A stretch of 64,000 nt of DNA from Terriglobia bacterium. Lineage in GTDB: Bacteria > Acidobacteriota > Terriglobia > 20CM-2-55-15. The notes under the pieces are model-generated. The model saw only the letters and a program-made list of their open reading frames with translations, was not told the origin of the DNA and ran no database searches. Below, in pieces: positions 43,715 through 53,984 of this stretch. Position 1 is the stretch's first letter; the number at the start of each line of letters is the position of its first letter. The DNA lies in NCBI GenBank assembly GCA_965198225.1, contig CBDAOY010000005.1, positions 544,001-608,000 on the forward strand, read 5' to 3'. The position numbers and the translations under genes were made by a program.

Positions 43715-44264
43715 GGGGTTTGAGCCGCAACGGTGTGAAAAATTACTCTAAGGGTCCGTGTGTGACCTTCCTGGAGTAACTCTCGGCACCGCTTCCGCTG
43801 CTACGAAGCGCCCGTTCTTCGGGGCTTGGGCCTCGGGAACGACTGCCCAGTCATGGCCAAAACGTATAGATTATGGCCATGCCGGAATCGACCCCGAGAA
43901 GGCCCGGAAAACCTGGCCAAAATAGAGACGCGCGCAATGAGGTTTTTGGCCACCCCGAAAGCCAGGTCGGCCCACTCCCTCGCGTCGGTCTCTACGCCCG
44001 CGTCTCGACGCCGCATCAGCACACGATCGGGATGCAGCTGCGGCAGCCGCGAGAGTTCCTGGAACGCCGCCCTCGCATGGAACACCGTCCAGATCGGGGT
44101 CCTGATCAATGGACGCAAGGTGCGCGGCGAAGCCGTCTCTCGTAAGACGTTCGCGCGGGTCTCACCGCTCGTCCACCGCCACATCATCCCCAGCGGAACT
44201 TACCGATTTCGGGACCAACGGTCTCGCTTAGAGTAATTTTTCACACCGTTGCGGCTCACGCCCC
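43715..44264 (+). mobile_element. Second Tn3-derived mini element (38-bp IRs)
   Basis: GGGGTTTGAGCCGCAACGGTGTGAAAAATTACTCTAAG (43715-43752) and inverse at 44227-44264; resolvase start (VGLYARVST) fused to tnpA end (LAWNTVQI..RVSPL..HIIPSGTY). Confidence 0.9.
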
Positions 44265-46326
44265 AAGTTGAGCAGATTCAGTTGGTTCTTTCGTCCCGAG
44301 GACAAGAGAGGAGACGGGTCGGGGAGCAGGTCCGCCAGCTGCAGCAACAACCGCAGCACGAGTTGGAGGATGCCGAGTTCCTCGACCTACTGCAGGCCAG
44401 GAGTCTGAAGCTACAGAACAAGGTGTCCGAGATTGCCAAACACGTCCAATTCGATGGCGGCAGTGAACTGATGACCGCAATTGACCACTTCCGCGAGAAA
44501 AACGGCGTCATCGGCCAAAGTGCCCCACGCGAGTTCCTCACGGATGACGAACAGCGTGCCGTTCTCGGCGAATCGGGCCAGCTGCGAATCTCGCTCTACA
44601 AGGCTTTACTGTTCCTCAAGATGGCGGACGCCATAAAGGCGGGTGCCCTGAACGTGCCCGGCTCACACCGGTACCGCTCGCTTGATGATTACCTGATTTC
44701 TACTCAACGATGGCGCATCGAGTCTGATGCCCTGCTTCGCCAAGCCGACCTGTCCGTGGCTGCGGAGTGTGATGTGATGCTCGCAGGACTTTACGAGACC
44801 GTAGACGAACAGTATGAGCGGACGAATCAATCGCTGCTGAGCGGGGAGAACGATCATGTCCAGTTCCGTAAGGATGGTTCGTTTATCGTCTCCACGCCGC
44901 GAAGCGACGCCGAGGAGACCGAGAGGGCGCAGAACGTGTTCCCTGACAAGCGGTATATCTCGCTCCTGGAGGTGTTGGCCACAGTCCAGCGTGTGACCGG
45001 ATTCATCGACGAGTTCCATCACTGGCAGACCCAGTACAATCGGCCCAAGCCACCCGAAAGCACGTTCTTTGCCGGCATCATCGGCTATGGATGCAACATC
45101 GGGCCGCGGAAGATTGCCCGGATTTCCAGCCTCATCAGCGAGTCTGAGTTGGACAACACGGTCAACTGGTATTTCTCGCTCGACAATCTCCACGCTGCTA
45201 ACGATCGGGTGCTGAGGTTCTTGGACCAGCTCCCGTTGCCGAATCTCTATCGCGGAGACCTGCAGCGGCTCCACACTTCGAGCGATGGTCAGAAATACGA
45301 GGTCTCCGTTGATTCATTGAACGCCAACTACTCCTTCAAGTATTTCGGTCAGGGGCGCGGCGTTAGCAGCTACAACTTCATCGACGAGCGGCACTTCCTG
45401 TTCTACTCAACAGTCATCTCATCGTCGGAACGCGAGGCATCCTATGTGATTGATGGTCTGCTGCACAACGAAGTAGTCAAGAGCGATATCCACTCCACCG
45501 ATACCCATGGCTATACGGAGATCTTGTTCGGCGTGATGCACCTGCTGGGATTCACCTACGCTCCACGAATCAAAAATCTCAATGAGCAACGAATCTACGC
45601 GTTCCCAAATCAGCGACGGCGACAGTACCAGGGCCGCGACTATCGCCTCATGCCAGACGCTTACATCAACACGCGGCTCATCCAAGACAACTGGCAGGAC
45701 ATCTTGCGATTTGTGGCTACGATCAAGCTCAAGGTCACAACCGCTTCGCAGCTGTTTAAGCGGCTAAACTCTTACTCCAGGCAACATCCGCTCTACCGAG
45801 GCCTGAAAGAGTTTGGCAAAATCATCAAGTCGGTCTTCGTAGCTCAGTACGTTGACAGCGTCGAACTGCGTCAGTCCATCGAGCGTCAGCTGAACAAGGC
45901 CGAAAGCTCAAACCGCTTCTCACGAGCTGTCTGCTTTGGCAACAGTCAGGAGTTTCTGCAGGGCGAGAAATCCGAGCAAGAGATCGCCGAATCGTGCCGC
46001 CGCCTCATCAAGAACGCCATCATCTGCTGGAACTACCTCTACCTCTCGCAACGAATCCTCGACGAAACGGACAGCGAGCGTCAGCAGTCCCTCGTCGCCG
46101 CCATCCGATCCGGATCGGTCGTTGCCTGGCAGCACATCAACCTGCACGGCGAGTACGATTTCTCGGCCGAGAAGCTGCAAGATTCGGTCGGTTTGGAGGT
46201 GCCCAAAATCCGTCAGCTCGAGGTGGGTTGAAACTGGGAGTATGGATTTCGGCGCAAACGCTAGAGGCAACAAAGGTTAACCGTGATCGCTATGACGGAT
46301 TAGGTACCTTTGTTTAATTGCACCCC
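44265..46326 (+). mobile_element. tnpA: Tn3-family transposase (5' truncated, stop 46231) with right IR 46289-46326
   Basis: SSDGQK, HSTDTHGYT, FTYAPRI, LNKAE, NAIICWN, WQHINLHGEYDF. Confidence 0.92.
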
Positions 46327-46349
46327 ATAAGGGCCGGCAGTCGCGCGTG

Positions 46350-46485
46350 AGTTGATGGTTTCGACCAGCGCGTGCGGATACTCGTCGCAGTGCTCCTTCT
46401 CGGCGGCCACGGGCATGATCTCCCGCACGACGAACTCGCGAACCATCCGCGCCACCATCTGTTGATCGTCGGTCGGTTCAATCAT
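46350..46485 (-). pseudogene. Acyl-CoA dehydrogenase N-terminal fragment
   Basis: TDDQQMVARMVREFVVREIMPVA..DEYPHALV; cut near the Tn3 IR. Confidence 0.7.
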
Positions 46486-46515
46486 GGTCACCTCACCGAA
46501 AGACGGCACTGGCCT

Positions 46516-47385
46516 TCAGCCCGATGCCACAAAGGGGTAGGTAAACAATGTCAGGTGCACCAGGTTCAGGCTGAAGTGCACGAGCATGCTGGCCTCGACA
46601 CGCTGCGTGACGTGGTAGGCCGCGCCGTAGCCGATGCCGGCCAGCATGGCCAGGACGGCGTACCGAATGCCCCCGCCCATGTGCGCGAGACCGAATGCGG
46701 CGGCGGCGGCGAACAGCGCCACGAGGCCTGCCGCGGGAACCTTCGCCCTCAACGCTGACGACAGATGTTGCTGCAGGAGCCCGCGGAAGAACGTCTCCTC
46801 GGCGAGGCATGTCACCAGGAGATTCGCCGGCGCCCACAGGATCAGGATTCCCGGCCATTTCGGGTCCCAAGCCACGAACCCCATCGCCAATGCGGGTACG
46901 ACCAACAAGGCGGGCGTGAGGACAGTGGCCGTCGCGGTGGCCGCAGCCGACCGGCCCCACGCCATCCTTCGCTGCGGCTGCACGCACACGGCGTAGAGCA
47001 AGAACCCGGCCAATGCCGTGTCGTAATTCCAATAGAGCGTATACGGTGCCGCCGACGGTGACAGGACCACAGCATCGACGACGCGGACGTTGTGGATCCA
47101 CGGCACTTGATGGGCGGTCAGAGCCGCGGCGACGATCACGAGCACACCCCACGCCAAGGCGCGCACGGTCTTGGACAGCGTCGACCGTTCGGCCGCCAGA
47201 CATGCCCCCGCAAACGCGGCGATGACGATGAGCCCCGCCCATTCGACAATGCTGACAACGACGGCGGCGACGACGGAAAGACCTGCAAGGATCGGCCACC
47301 CCCATCGGACGCGCGAGAACATGGCCATTCCCAATGCCATCCACAGCAGCCAGTACGGGAGGCCGTTCGCCCAGTCGATCGTCAC
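46516..47385 (-). CDS. CPBP (Abi/CAAX) intramembrane metalloprotease
   Basis: EETFFRG, FGLAH, SMLVHF..N; multiple TMs. Confidence 0.9.
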   Translation of the reverse strand: MTIDWANGLPYWLLWMALGMAMFSRVRWGWPILAGLSVVAAVVVSIVEWAGLIVIAAFAGACLAAERSTLSKTVRALAWGVLVIVAAALTAHQVPWIHNVRVVDAVVLSPSAAPYTLYWNYDTALAGFLLYAVCVQPQRRMAWGRSAAATATATVLTPALLVVPALAMGFVAWDPKWPGILILWAPANLLVTCLAEETFFRGLLQQHLSSALRAKVPAAGLVALFAAAAAFGLAHMGGGIRYAVLAMLAGIGYGAAYHVTQRVEASMLVHFSLNLVHLTLFTYPFVASG

Positions 47386-47679
47386 CGTTCAGTCCCCAAA
47401 CCGTGCCCGCCTTCAGGGCAGCGGCTGCCCGGCATTATGAGCGATTCCGAGTCAACCACGGTCCATCGCACCCGCACCGGAATGTGATCGTACGCACGCC
47501 ACCCGCGCCGAGACGCTGTAGGTCAACCCGTTCCCTGTTAGTGAACGGTCCGGGGAAAAGGCGCTGGATGGGCAGACGAGTCAGGCCTGGGCCGGGCCTG
47601 TTACCTCAACTGTTTAGTGGATCGTCACCGATCCGCTGCTCCTGTGGAGTTTTCCTGAACCTGAAAGAACAGCGGACTG

Positions 47680-47829
47680 GCTGACCAGCTTTCCACGCAC
47701 GATGATACGGCCCTTGGTGAAGCTGACTTCCTCGCGGATTTGCGCGATCTCGTCCCACCCAGCCTTTCGCAGGGCCGGTGTAATGAACTTGGTGCAGATG
47801 TCGCGTTCACTGAGGCTTTTCTTGTTCAT
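47680..47829 (-). pseudogene. hsdR: Type I restriction enzyme HsdR (EcoAI-like) N-terminal fragment
   Basis: MNKKSLSERDICTKFITPAL..AGWD..QIREEV.FTKGRIIVRG. Confidence 0.82.
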
Positions 47830-47958
47830 CGGCATCCATGTCATCCAGCCCCAGCCAACATCCGTTTTCCCCATGGGGCGGATTGCAACCAGAAAGACTC
47901 GTTCGTTGTAGCGATCCGATTCGAGCTTGCACCGGCCAATTTGCCGCAGCGTGCTCAC

Positions 47959-48351
47959 TCATGCCAGCCAGTCCTCGAATGTCAAATTTTCCACGCGTTC
48001 AAATTCACTTACGTTGTGTGTTATCAAAGTCAGAGAACGGGCCACGGCCTGGCCTGCAATCAACACATCGTAGGAACCTATAGGTGTTCCCCTGGCCTGC
48101 AGTCTTGCGCGGATTTCTGCCGCCCGTTCAGCGTCGCCCTTGGATATCGGAATCACCTCAAATTGCAAGGAGTGGACGTTCTGCAAGTTAGCTGCCACCC
48201 GCTTGCTCTTATACGCACCAAAGCACAACTCGTGATGTACGATCGAAGGCATTCCAAAGTCGGACGGCTGGTAGGTTCGAAGTCGATTGACGAACGTCTG
48301 ATTGCCTTCGAGCAGAGCAATCACGGCGTTCGTGTCGAGAAGGAATTTCAC
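47959..48351 (-). CDS. vapC: VapC PIN toxin
   Basis: FLLDTN, GTPIGSYDVLIAGQA, LITHNVSEFERV. Confidence 0.94.
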   Translation of the reverse strand: MKFLLDTNAVIALLEGNQTFVNRLRTYQPSDFGMPSIVHHELCFGAYKSKRVAANLQNVHSLQFEVIPISKGDAERAAEIRARLQARGTPIGSYDVLIAGQAVARSLTLITHNVSEFERVENLTFEDWLA

Positions 48352-48602
48352 TCGAAGACGGTCTGTTCTGGACGAGATTGATCGTCGGGCCTCTCCGACA
48401 CGGCCTCAATAAAATCCTCATCAATCGGGCGTGTAATGGTATTCAACCACGCCCAATCCTCTGGCAGGGGCTCGAGGATGACGGTGTCGCCATCTTTTCT
48501 GATCCGAACCTCATTGGATTTGAAGCGAAACTCTTTGGGCAAGCGAACGGCCTGTGAACGGCCTGACATGAATACCTTAGCGGTCTTTCCTATAGTGTCC
48601 AT
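48348..48602 (-). CDS. vapB: VapB (AbrB/MazE-type) antitoxin
   Basis: AKVFMSGRSQAVRLPKEFRF. Confidence 0.94.
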   Translation of the reverse strand: MDTIGKTAKVFMSGRSQAVRLPKEFRFKSNEVRIRKDGDTVILEPLPEDWAWLNTITRPIDEDFIEAVSERPDDQSRPEQTVFE

Positions 48603-48654
48603 TGATATATCCTAACGATAGATACCATCTTGGGGTGGTGTAAATCAACCACAT

Positions 48655-49027
48655 GGGGTCACTGCTCCATGGGTCAAAAATTGCACGATAAGGCGTTAAG
48701 GGCGCTTCTCGGTGCGTAGCAAGCGGATCACTGGGGTGCGACTGGCCCAGAGGCGCTTGGTGATTTCCCTCTTACGCAGCCCATCCTTGCGAAGCTGCTT
48801 CATTTCCGGCACGAGCTGTCCATCTGTCATGGGCCGCCCTTTTCTTTGCATATCCCGCATCGCAGAGAGCTGCAAGGCGAGTGTCTTCTGGTCGTGAGTT
48901 GAGAGGCGGGCATAGATCCGCCGCGAAGCGCTTTTGCCCCGGCCCAAAAACCCTCCTGAATCTGAGGATAAAGGATCCTGTATTTTCAGTGGTTTGGACA
49001 TGCCATCCAGCCGGTCCAAAAACTATA
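48655..49027 (-). mobile_element. Tn3-family end (38-bp IR) with collapsed resolvase and res-like region
   Basis: GGGGTCACTGCTCCATGGGTCAAAAATTGCACGATAAG at 48655-48692; IYARLSTHDQKTL..QL and HTH remnants. Confidence 0.75.
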
Positions 49028-50744
49028 CAGACCGTGTGAAAAGTCGCCATGAAGCTGCCGGTCCCGTCAGTAGTGCGAAATGGAAGCACGACGACGTGAT
49101 GCCGGCGGCTACGCAGGACCTTGGTTCTGTCTCCCTGGTTCGCCGCGGCGATCCTTTTGGCCTCTAGTAGTGCTGGAAGCGGGCGTTTCTGGCGTCAAAG
49201 AAGGGCGAAATTCCCCTTCACGCCGTTGCGGCCGAAATCAAGGCGGGAATTCCTGCGAGGTTGATTGCGCGTCGCATGTTGTAGGCCAAGGCGGTGAGGC
49301 TGAACTCTCCGCGGACATTGCCGAGCCGGCGCGTCAGGAACGCGCCTTGGCCCATCCACTGCTTAATCGAACCGAAGGGATGTTCGACCGACTCCCGGCG
49401 ACGATCCATCACCTCGGGCCGGGCGGCGAGACGGTTCGCCATGCGCTCCATCGTTGCTTCGTTCTCGAAGCGCGTGATGCGCCGATAGGTGTTCTTGGTA
49501 CATCGTTCGCCTAGACCGCAGCCTCTGCATGCGGCGCGGTTGGCGTAACTGACAAGATACGTGCCTGTGCGCGACTTACCCACGCTTCGGCGATACAACG
49601 GCACCAGGCGCTCACCAGCGGGGCACCGGTAGGTGTCCGTGGCGTCGTCGTATTGGAAATCGGACTTCGGAAAGTGGCCACTGCGTCTGGCCGTGCTCCG
49701 GTCGGGCTTCGGAACGTAGGGCGTGATCCCGGCGGCTTCGCAGTCCTCAATGTCTTCGATCTTGTAGTAGCCTCGGTCCGCGACTGCGTCGATCTCGTCG
49801 ACAGCCAAGTTCTCCCGAGCCGCTGTAGCCGTCTCCGCGAGCAGACCCAGGTCCGAGACCTTGCTATGGACCTGCTGTTCGGCGATCAGGTTGTGCTTGG
49901 TGTCGACAGCGATCTGGACGTTGTAGCCCACTCCGACCCGTGTCCCGGAATGCATTGACCGGGAGTCCGGATCCGTAAGCGACAGCTGGGCTTCTCCGGT
50001 ATCGTCCAGCGTCTGCCGATGCCCCTCCAAGGTCTCCTTCCTCTTACGGATCGATGCGATCTTCTCCTGAAGATCCGCCACGGCAGCCGCTCTGCCGCCG
50101 GCATCATCCGCGTCGGCCTCGTTCATCTGGTCAAGGTAGCGGTCGAGTCGGTCGTCGATACGCTGCAGGTCCGTCTTCAGCTTGGCCCGCGTGAAGTTGC
50201 GGTCCCGGTGGTTCACCGCCTTGATGCGCGTGCCGTCCACGGCGATCAACTCCCGCCCGTACAGGTCGAGTTCCCGGCACAACCGCACGAACTGCCGAAA
50301 AACCGCCCGGAACGCATGCCGATTGTCGCGCCGGAAGTCGGCGATCGTCTTGAAGTCGGGCTTCAGCTGGCGTAGCAGCCAGATCGCCTCAAGGTTGCGA
50401 TGCGTCTCTGTCTCCAGCCTGCGGCTCGACCGAATACGATTCAGATACCCATAGATATACAGCTTCAGCAGATCCGCGGGATCGTAGCCCGGACGGCCCT
50501 TGTCGTTGGGCCGAACGCGCTGGAATCCAGTCGCCTCAAGGTCGAGGCCGTCGACGAATGCATCAATGAAACGGACCGGGTTGTCCGGTCCCACGTAGTC
50601 GTCCACAGCATCGGGCAGAAGTAGAAGTTGGGAACGATCTTCACCGGTGATATGCGCCATGACACATTTTACCAACCCCCATGGGGGACCCGAAGCCAGT
50701 TCACCGACTCCCGCCCGGCTGTCGCCGACTTTTCACACAGTCTG
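49028..50744 (-). mobile_element. IS1182-family element, copy 2, intact; transposase 49218-50675
   Basis: IRs CAGACCGTGTGAAAAGTCG and CGACTTTTCACACAGTCTG; TATA duplication; VDGTRIKA, ADRGY, VEHPFG motifs. Confidence 0.95.
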
Positions 50745-50799
50745 TATAGTTTATTGACCAGCGGGGCCACAATGCCGCGGCAGGAGCGGCAAGAACGGA

Positions 50800-51270
50800 A
50801 GAGCGCGTTCGATACGGTGCGCATTGTGAGGAGGCGATCGCAGATAGCGTCGGCCTGGTGTAGCCCTTACTGGCCGTACAGGATGACGTTGTCCCATTCG
50901 ATCGGACTAACATGCTGCAAGAGCCTCATGTCGATGTCTTCCTCTGCTACCCCAGACCGCTCCCTCTCTGTGATCTCCTTGGCCTGCCAATCGATAATGC
51001 AAGCCAGAATTAACGTCAGGCAGCTGCAGGAGTTCATCTGCTCGTGGAGCGCACAATTGCCGGGATTAACAGTGGCGTACCCTCCAGCCGGTGGAGTTCG
51101 CCACCATGGAGTGGGTTGACTGCTTCAATCACCGCCGGCGACCCGAGCCGATCAGCTGCATTTCCCCGGTTCGTTCGAGTTAAGATGCACTATCGGAATC
51201 AGGCGGCTCTCGCCATGGTGGCGAGAATCCACTAAGACAGTCTCCGGAATAGGTACCCCGGGGCAGTTCC
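50800..51270. pseudogene. Stacked fragments: istB (-), Tn3 tnpA C-terminus (-), IS3 orfB C-terminus and end (+)
   Basis: QADAICDRLL; MNSCSCLTLILACIIDWQ..HVSPIEWDNVILYGQ; EWVDCFNHRR. Confidence 0.6.
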
Positions 51271-51307
51271 TGTATCTGCAATTCTGTTTCCTAGCCAAGG
51301 AGGAACA

Positions 51308-51625
51308 ATGGCACGAGTAGGCAAGGGTTCTTTTATCGTTGGACTGGTGATCGCGGCGGCCGGAGGCATAGGCTTTGAACAGGCCTGGTTTGGCTGGGTA
51401 CTCGCAGTGCTCGGTCTGATCGTTGGATTCTTGAATATCAGCGACAAGGAGAGTCAGACCTTCCTCTTGGCGGCGATAGCGCTGATCGTAGCAGCAAACG
51501 CTGTCGGAGCGATCCCCTTCATCGGGGAAGTGGTGACTCGGGTCATCGCGAATCTCGTGCTCTTTCTGGGGGGCGCGGTCCTGGTCGTAGCGGTTAAGAG
51601 TCTGTTCGCGGTCGCGAGAGACTGA
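51308..51625 (+). CDS. Small multi-pass membrane protein of unknown function, copy 3
   Basis: 105 aa, AAGGAGG RBS, homologous to the 11569 and 3504 copies. Confidence 0.88.
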   Translation: MARVGKGSFIVGLVIAAAGGIGFEQAWFGWVLAVLGLIVGFLNISDKESQTFLLAAIALIVAANAVGAIPFIGEVVTRVIANLVLFLGGAVLVVAVKSLFAVARD

Positions 51626-52019
51626 AGCCGCTCTGACGCCAGCGCCAGCAGGGCCGGAAAGCCTTCTCGCGAAAGAAGTGTTCTTGCCCGTCGCCTTCAG
51701 CGCCGCCATTTGAGCAGCGGTGGCCGGATCATCCATTTGGATTAGTGATTGAACGCCTGCTCCACGTCACGACCGGCCGGTTCCGCAACCTGCTGGTGGT
51801 CGCGACGGTCCTGGCCACCCCTTTGGCGATTGGCTTGAGCCTCGTGGGGGGATTGTTCGCCCCCCCCCCCCCCCCCCCGGAGTCCTGATCTATGGCCTGT
51901 TCCCCTACCTATTCCTGGTGGGGATTCCCAGACTGATAGGCAAGGGATGGGAGGTGTGGACCAGGCGTGGCGCCTGAGCCCTCATCGCCGCGCTCGGCCC
52001 TCGGCATGACGGGGAGTCC

Positions 52020-52824
52020 CTCCCTTCCGTGAATCTAAGCTGTCAGGAAGAGATCTATCACCCGGGACGGCATGGTGTCATTCATCCAAAAAAAGAATTC
52101 TATTCTGACGCGATTCGCCGTCCGTCCCTGACAACAGGCTAGGGTATGCCTCAACTGGACAGAGCAAGATAATGCGGGAAAAAGGGCTGTTGTTGGCCAC
52201 GAGCGGCCATTCGGATGGCTCTTAGCGTACGATTTTCTCCGTTTCGTGAGGTGACCCCTTCTACAACAAGCGGGGCACGGCGGAGCAATGGATCAAGGAG
52301 GGCAAGCAGGCCACGAACTGGACACGGCTATCCTGCCATCGCTTTCGCGCGAACGAGGTTCGACTCCAGCTCAGTGTCCTGGCTTACAACTTTGGGAATC
52401 TTTGGCGGCGCCTGGTGCTCCCTCGGCGCATCGGCAGTTGGTCCGTGACCAGCGTGCAACAGCGCCTCGTCAAGACCGGCGGCCGCTTGGTGAAACATGC
52501 GCGATACTATTGGCTGCTACTGGCGGAGAGTCACCTGACCCGCTGTCTGTTTGAGGCGATACTCCGACGAATCTGGGTTCTGCCGGTACCGGCAGGCTGA
52601 AGGGTGAACGATTTACCAAAGACCTTGTTGGCGAATCACACACGAGTGGAAACGTGTCGATGAATGCCCCGGAGTCGTCACATCGTGTGGGTCTGATCCT
52701 CGATTCAGAGGGCACTGACGGGGCTTGGGCCGCTGGAAGAACGTATTCATGAAAGATCTGTTCTGCTGTCAGGGTGTCGGAGTATAAGAGTCGTAATCCG
52801 AGGTAGCTAAAATGGAAATCCCGG
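52020..52824 (+). mobile_element. Internally deleted IS1380-family element (left boundary approximate)
   Basis: FYNKRGTAEQWIKEGK..LSCHRFRANEVRLQL..LAYN..RLVKTGGRLVKHAR (52258-52600); end-like ATGGAAATCCCGG. Confidence 0.75.
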
Positions 52825-53984
52825 CTCAGGAGATGGCGGCGCCCATCGAAGCGATTCTGGACAGAGGTCTGGGCGGGGGGACCCTTTCGGCGGAGGATGG
52901 GTACCGGCTGCTGAATTGTCTGGATTCCGAAGTGGATGCCCTGATCCGAGTTGCAGGCACCTTGCGGGATCAGTTCAAAGGCCGGACCGTCACCCATTCG
53001 CTGAAGATTTTCCTGCCGGTAACGAACCTGTGCCGGGACCGCTGCTCCTACTGCACGTTCCGCAAGGACCCCAACGATCCCGATGCGTGGACGATGACGC
53101 CCGAGGAGATCGACCACGCCTTGCGACTCGGGAGCGCGCAGGGCTGCAAGGAAGCACTGATGTGTCTGGGCGACAAGCCGGAGCTGGCGTTTCCCCAGTA
53201 TCGGGAAACCCTCGACGAGTTCGGACACCGCACCACCGCCGAATATGTGGGGCGGGCCTGCACGATTGCCGCTGAGCATGGATTTCTGCCGCACACGAAC
53301 GCCGGCATCCTGAGTTACGAAGAGATGGAGCAGCTCAAGCCGGTCAATGCAAGCCTGGGTCTCATGGTCGAGAACGTCAGCCCGAGGCTCTCCCAGCGAG
53401 GGATGCCTCACTTTTCCGCTCCGGACAAGGACCCAGCCGTCCGTTTACGGATGTTGCGCGAAGCGGGAGAGCTGTCGATAGCGTTTACCACCGGCATCCT
53501 CATTGGAATTGGAGAAACCCGCGATGAAGTCGTCGACAGTCTCATCGCGATCCGGGAGATCCACGCGACCTACGGGCACATCCAGGAAGTCATCATCCAG
53601 AATTTCCGGGCCAAGCCGGACACCCGGATGGCCGGAGCACCGGAGCCGGAGGCTGTGGAAATGGCCAGGACTGTGGCTACCGCCCGGCTCTTGCTCGGGG
53701 GCAACATGAACATTCAGGCGCCGCCGAACTTGAGTCCGAACGATCACCGGCTGCTGCTGCGGTCCGGCATCAACGACTGGGGCGGAATCTCCCCTGTCAC
53801 CCAGGACTACATCAATCCTGAGGCAGCCTGGCCCCACATCGAGACGCTGGCCCAGACCTGTCGCGAGGAAGGCTTTACGCTGCGGGAGCGGCTGGCGATC
53901 TACGACGAGTACATCGAACGAGAGCACTTCCTCCCCGCCGGTCTACGGCCTCTCGTTTCAGAACTCCAGGGCGTGATTGCATGA
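52812..53984 (+). CDS. cofG: FO (7,8-didemethyl-8-hydroxy-5-deazariboflavin) synthase subunit CofG (start uncertain)
   Basis: TNLCRDRCSYCTF radical-SAM motif, LPHTNAG, FTTGILIGIGE, IQEVIIQNF, QAPPNL, GINDWGGISP. Confidence 0.93.
   Translation: MEIPAQEMAAPIEAILDRGLGGGTLSAEDGYRLLNCLDSEVDALIRVAGTLRDQFKGRTVTHSLKIFLPVTNLCRDRCSYCTFRKDPNDPDAWTMTPEEIDHALRLGSAQGCKEALMCLGDKPELAFPQYRETLDEFGHRTTAEYVGRACTIAAEHGFLPHTNAGILSYEEMEQLKPVNASLGLMVENVSPRLSQRGMPHFSAPDKDPAVRLRMLREAGELSIAFTTGILIGIGETRDEVVDSLIAIREIHATYGHIQEVIIQNFRAKPDTRMAGAPEPEAVEMARTVATARLLLGGNMNIQAPPNLSPNDHRLLLRSGINDWGGISPVTQDYINPEAAWPHIETLAQTCREEGFTLRERLAIYDEYIEREHFLPAGLRPLVSELQGVIA

Noticed and set aside
51860-51878. C19 homopolymer as a phase-variation tract
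   Set aside because: Not within a recognisable gene or promoter; may be a sequencing artefact.
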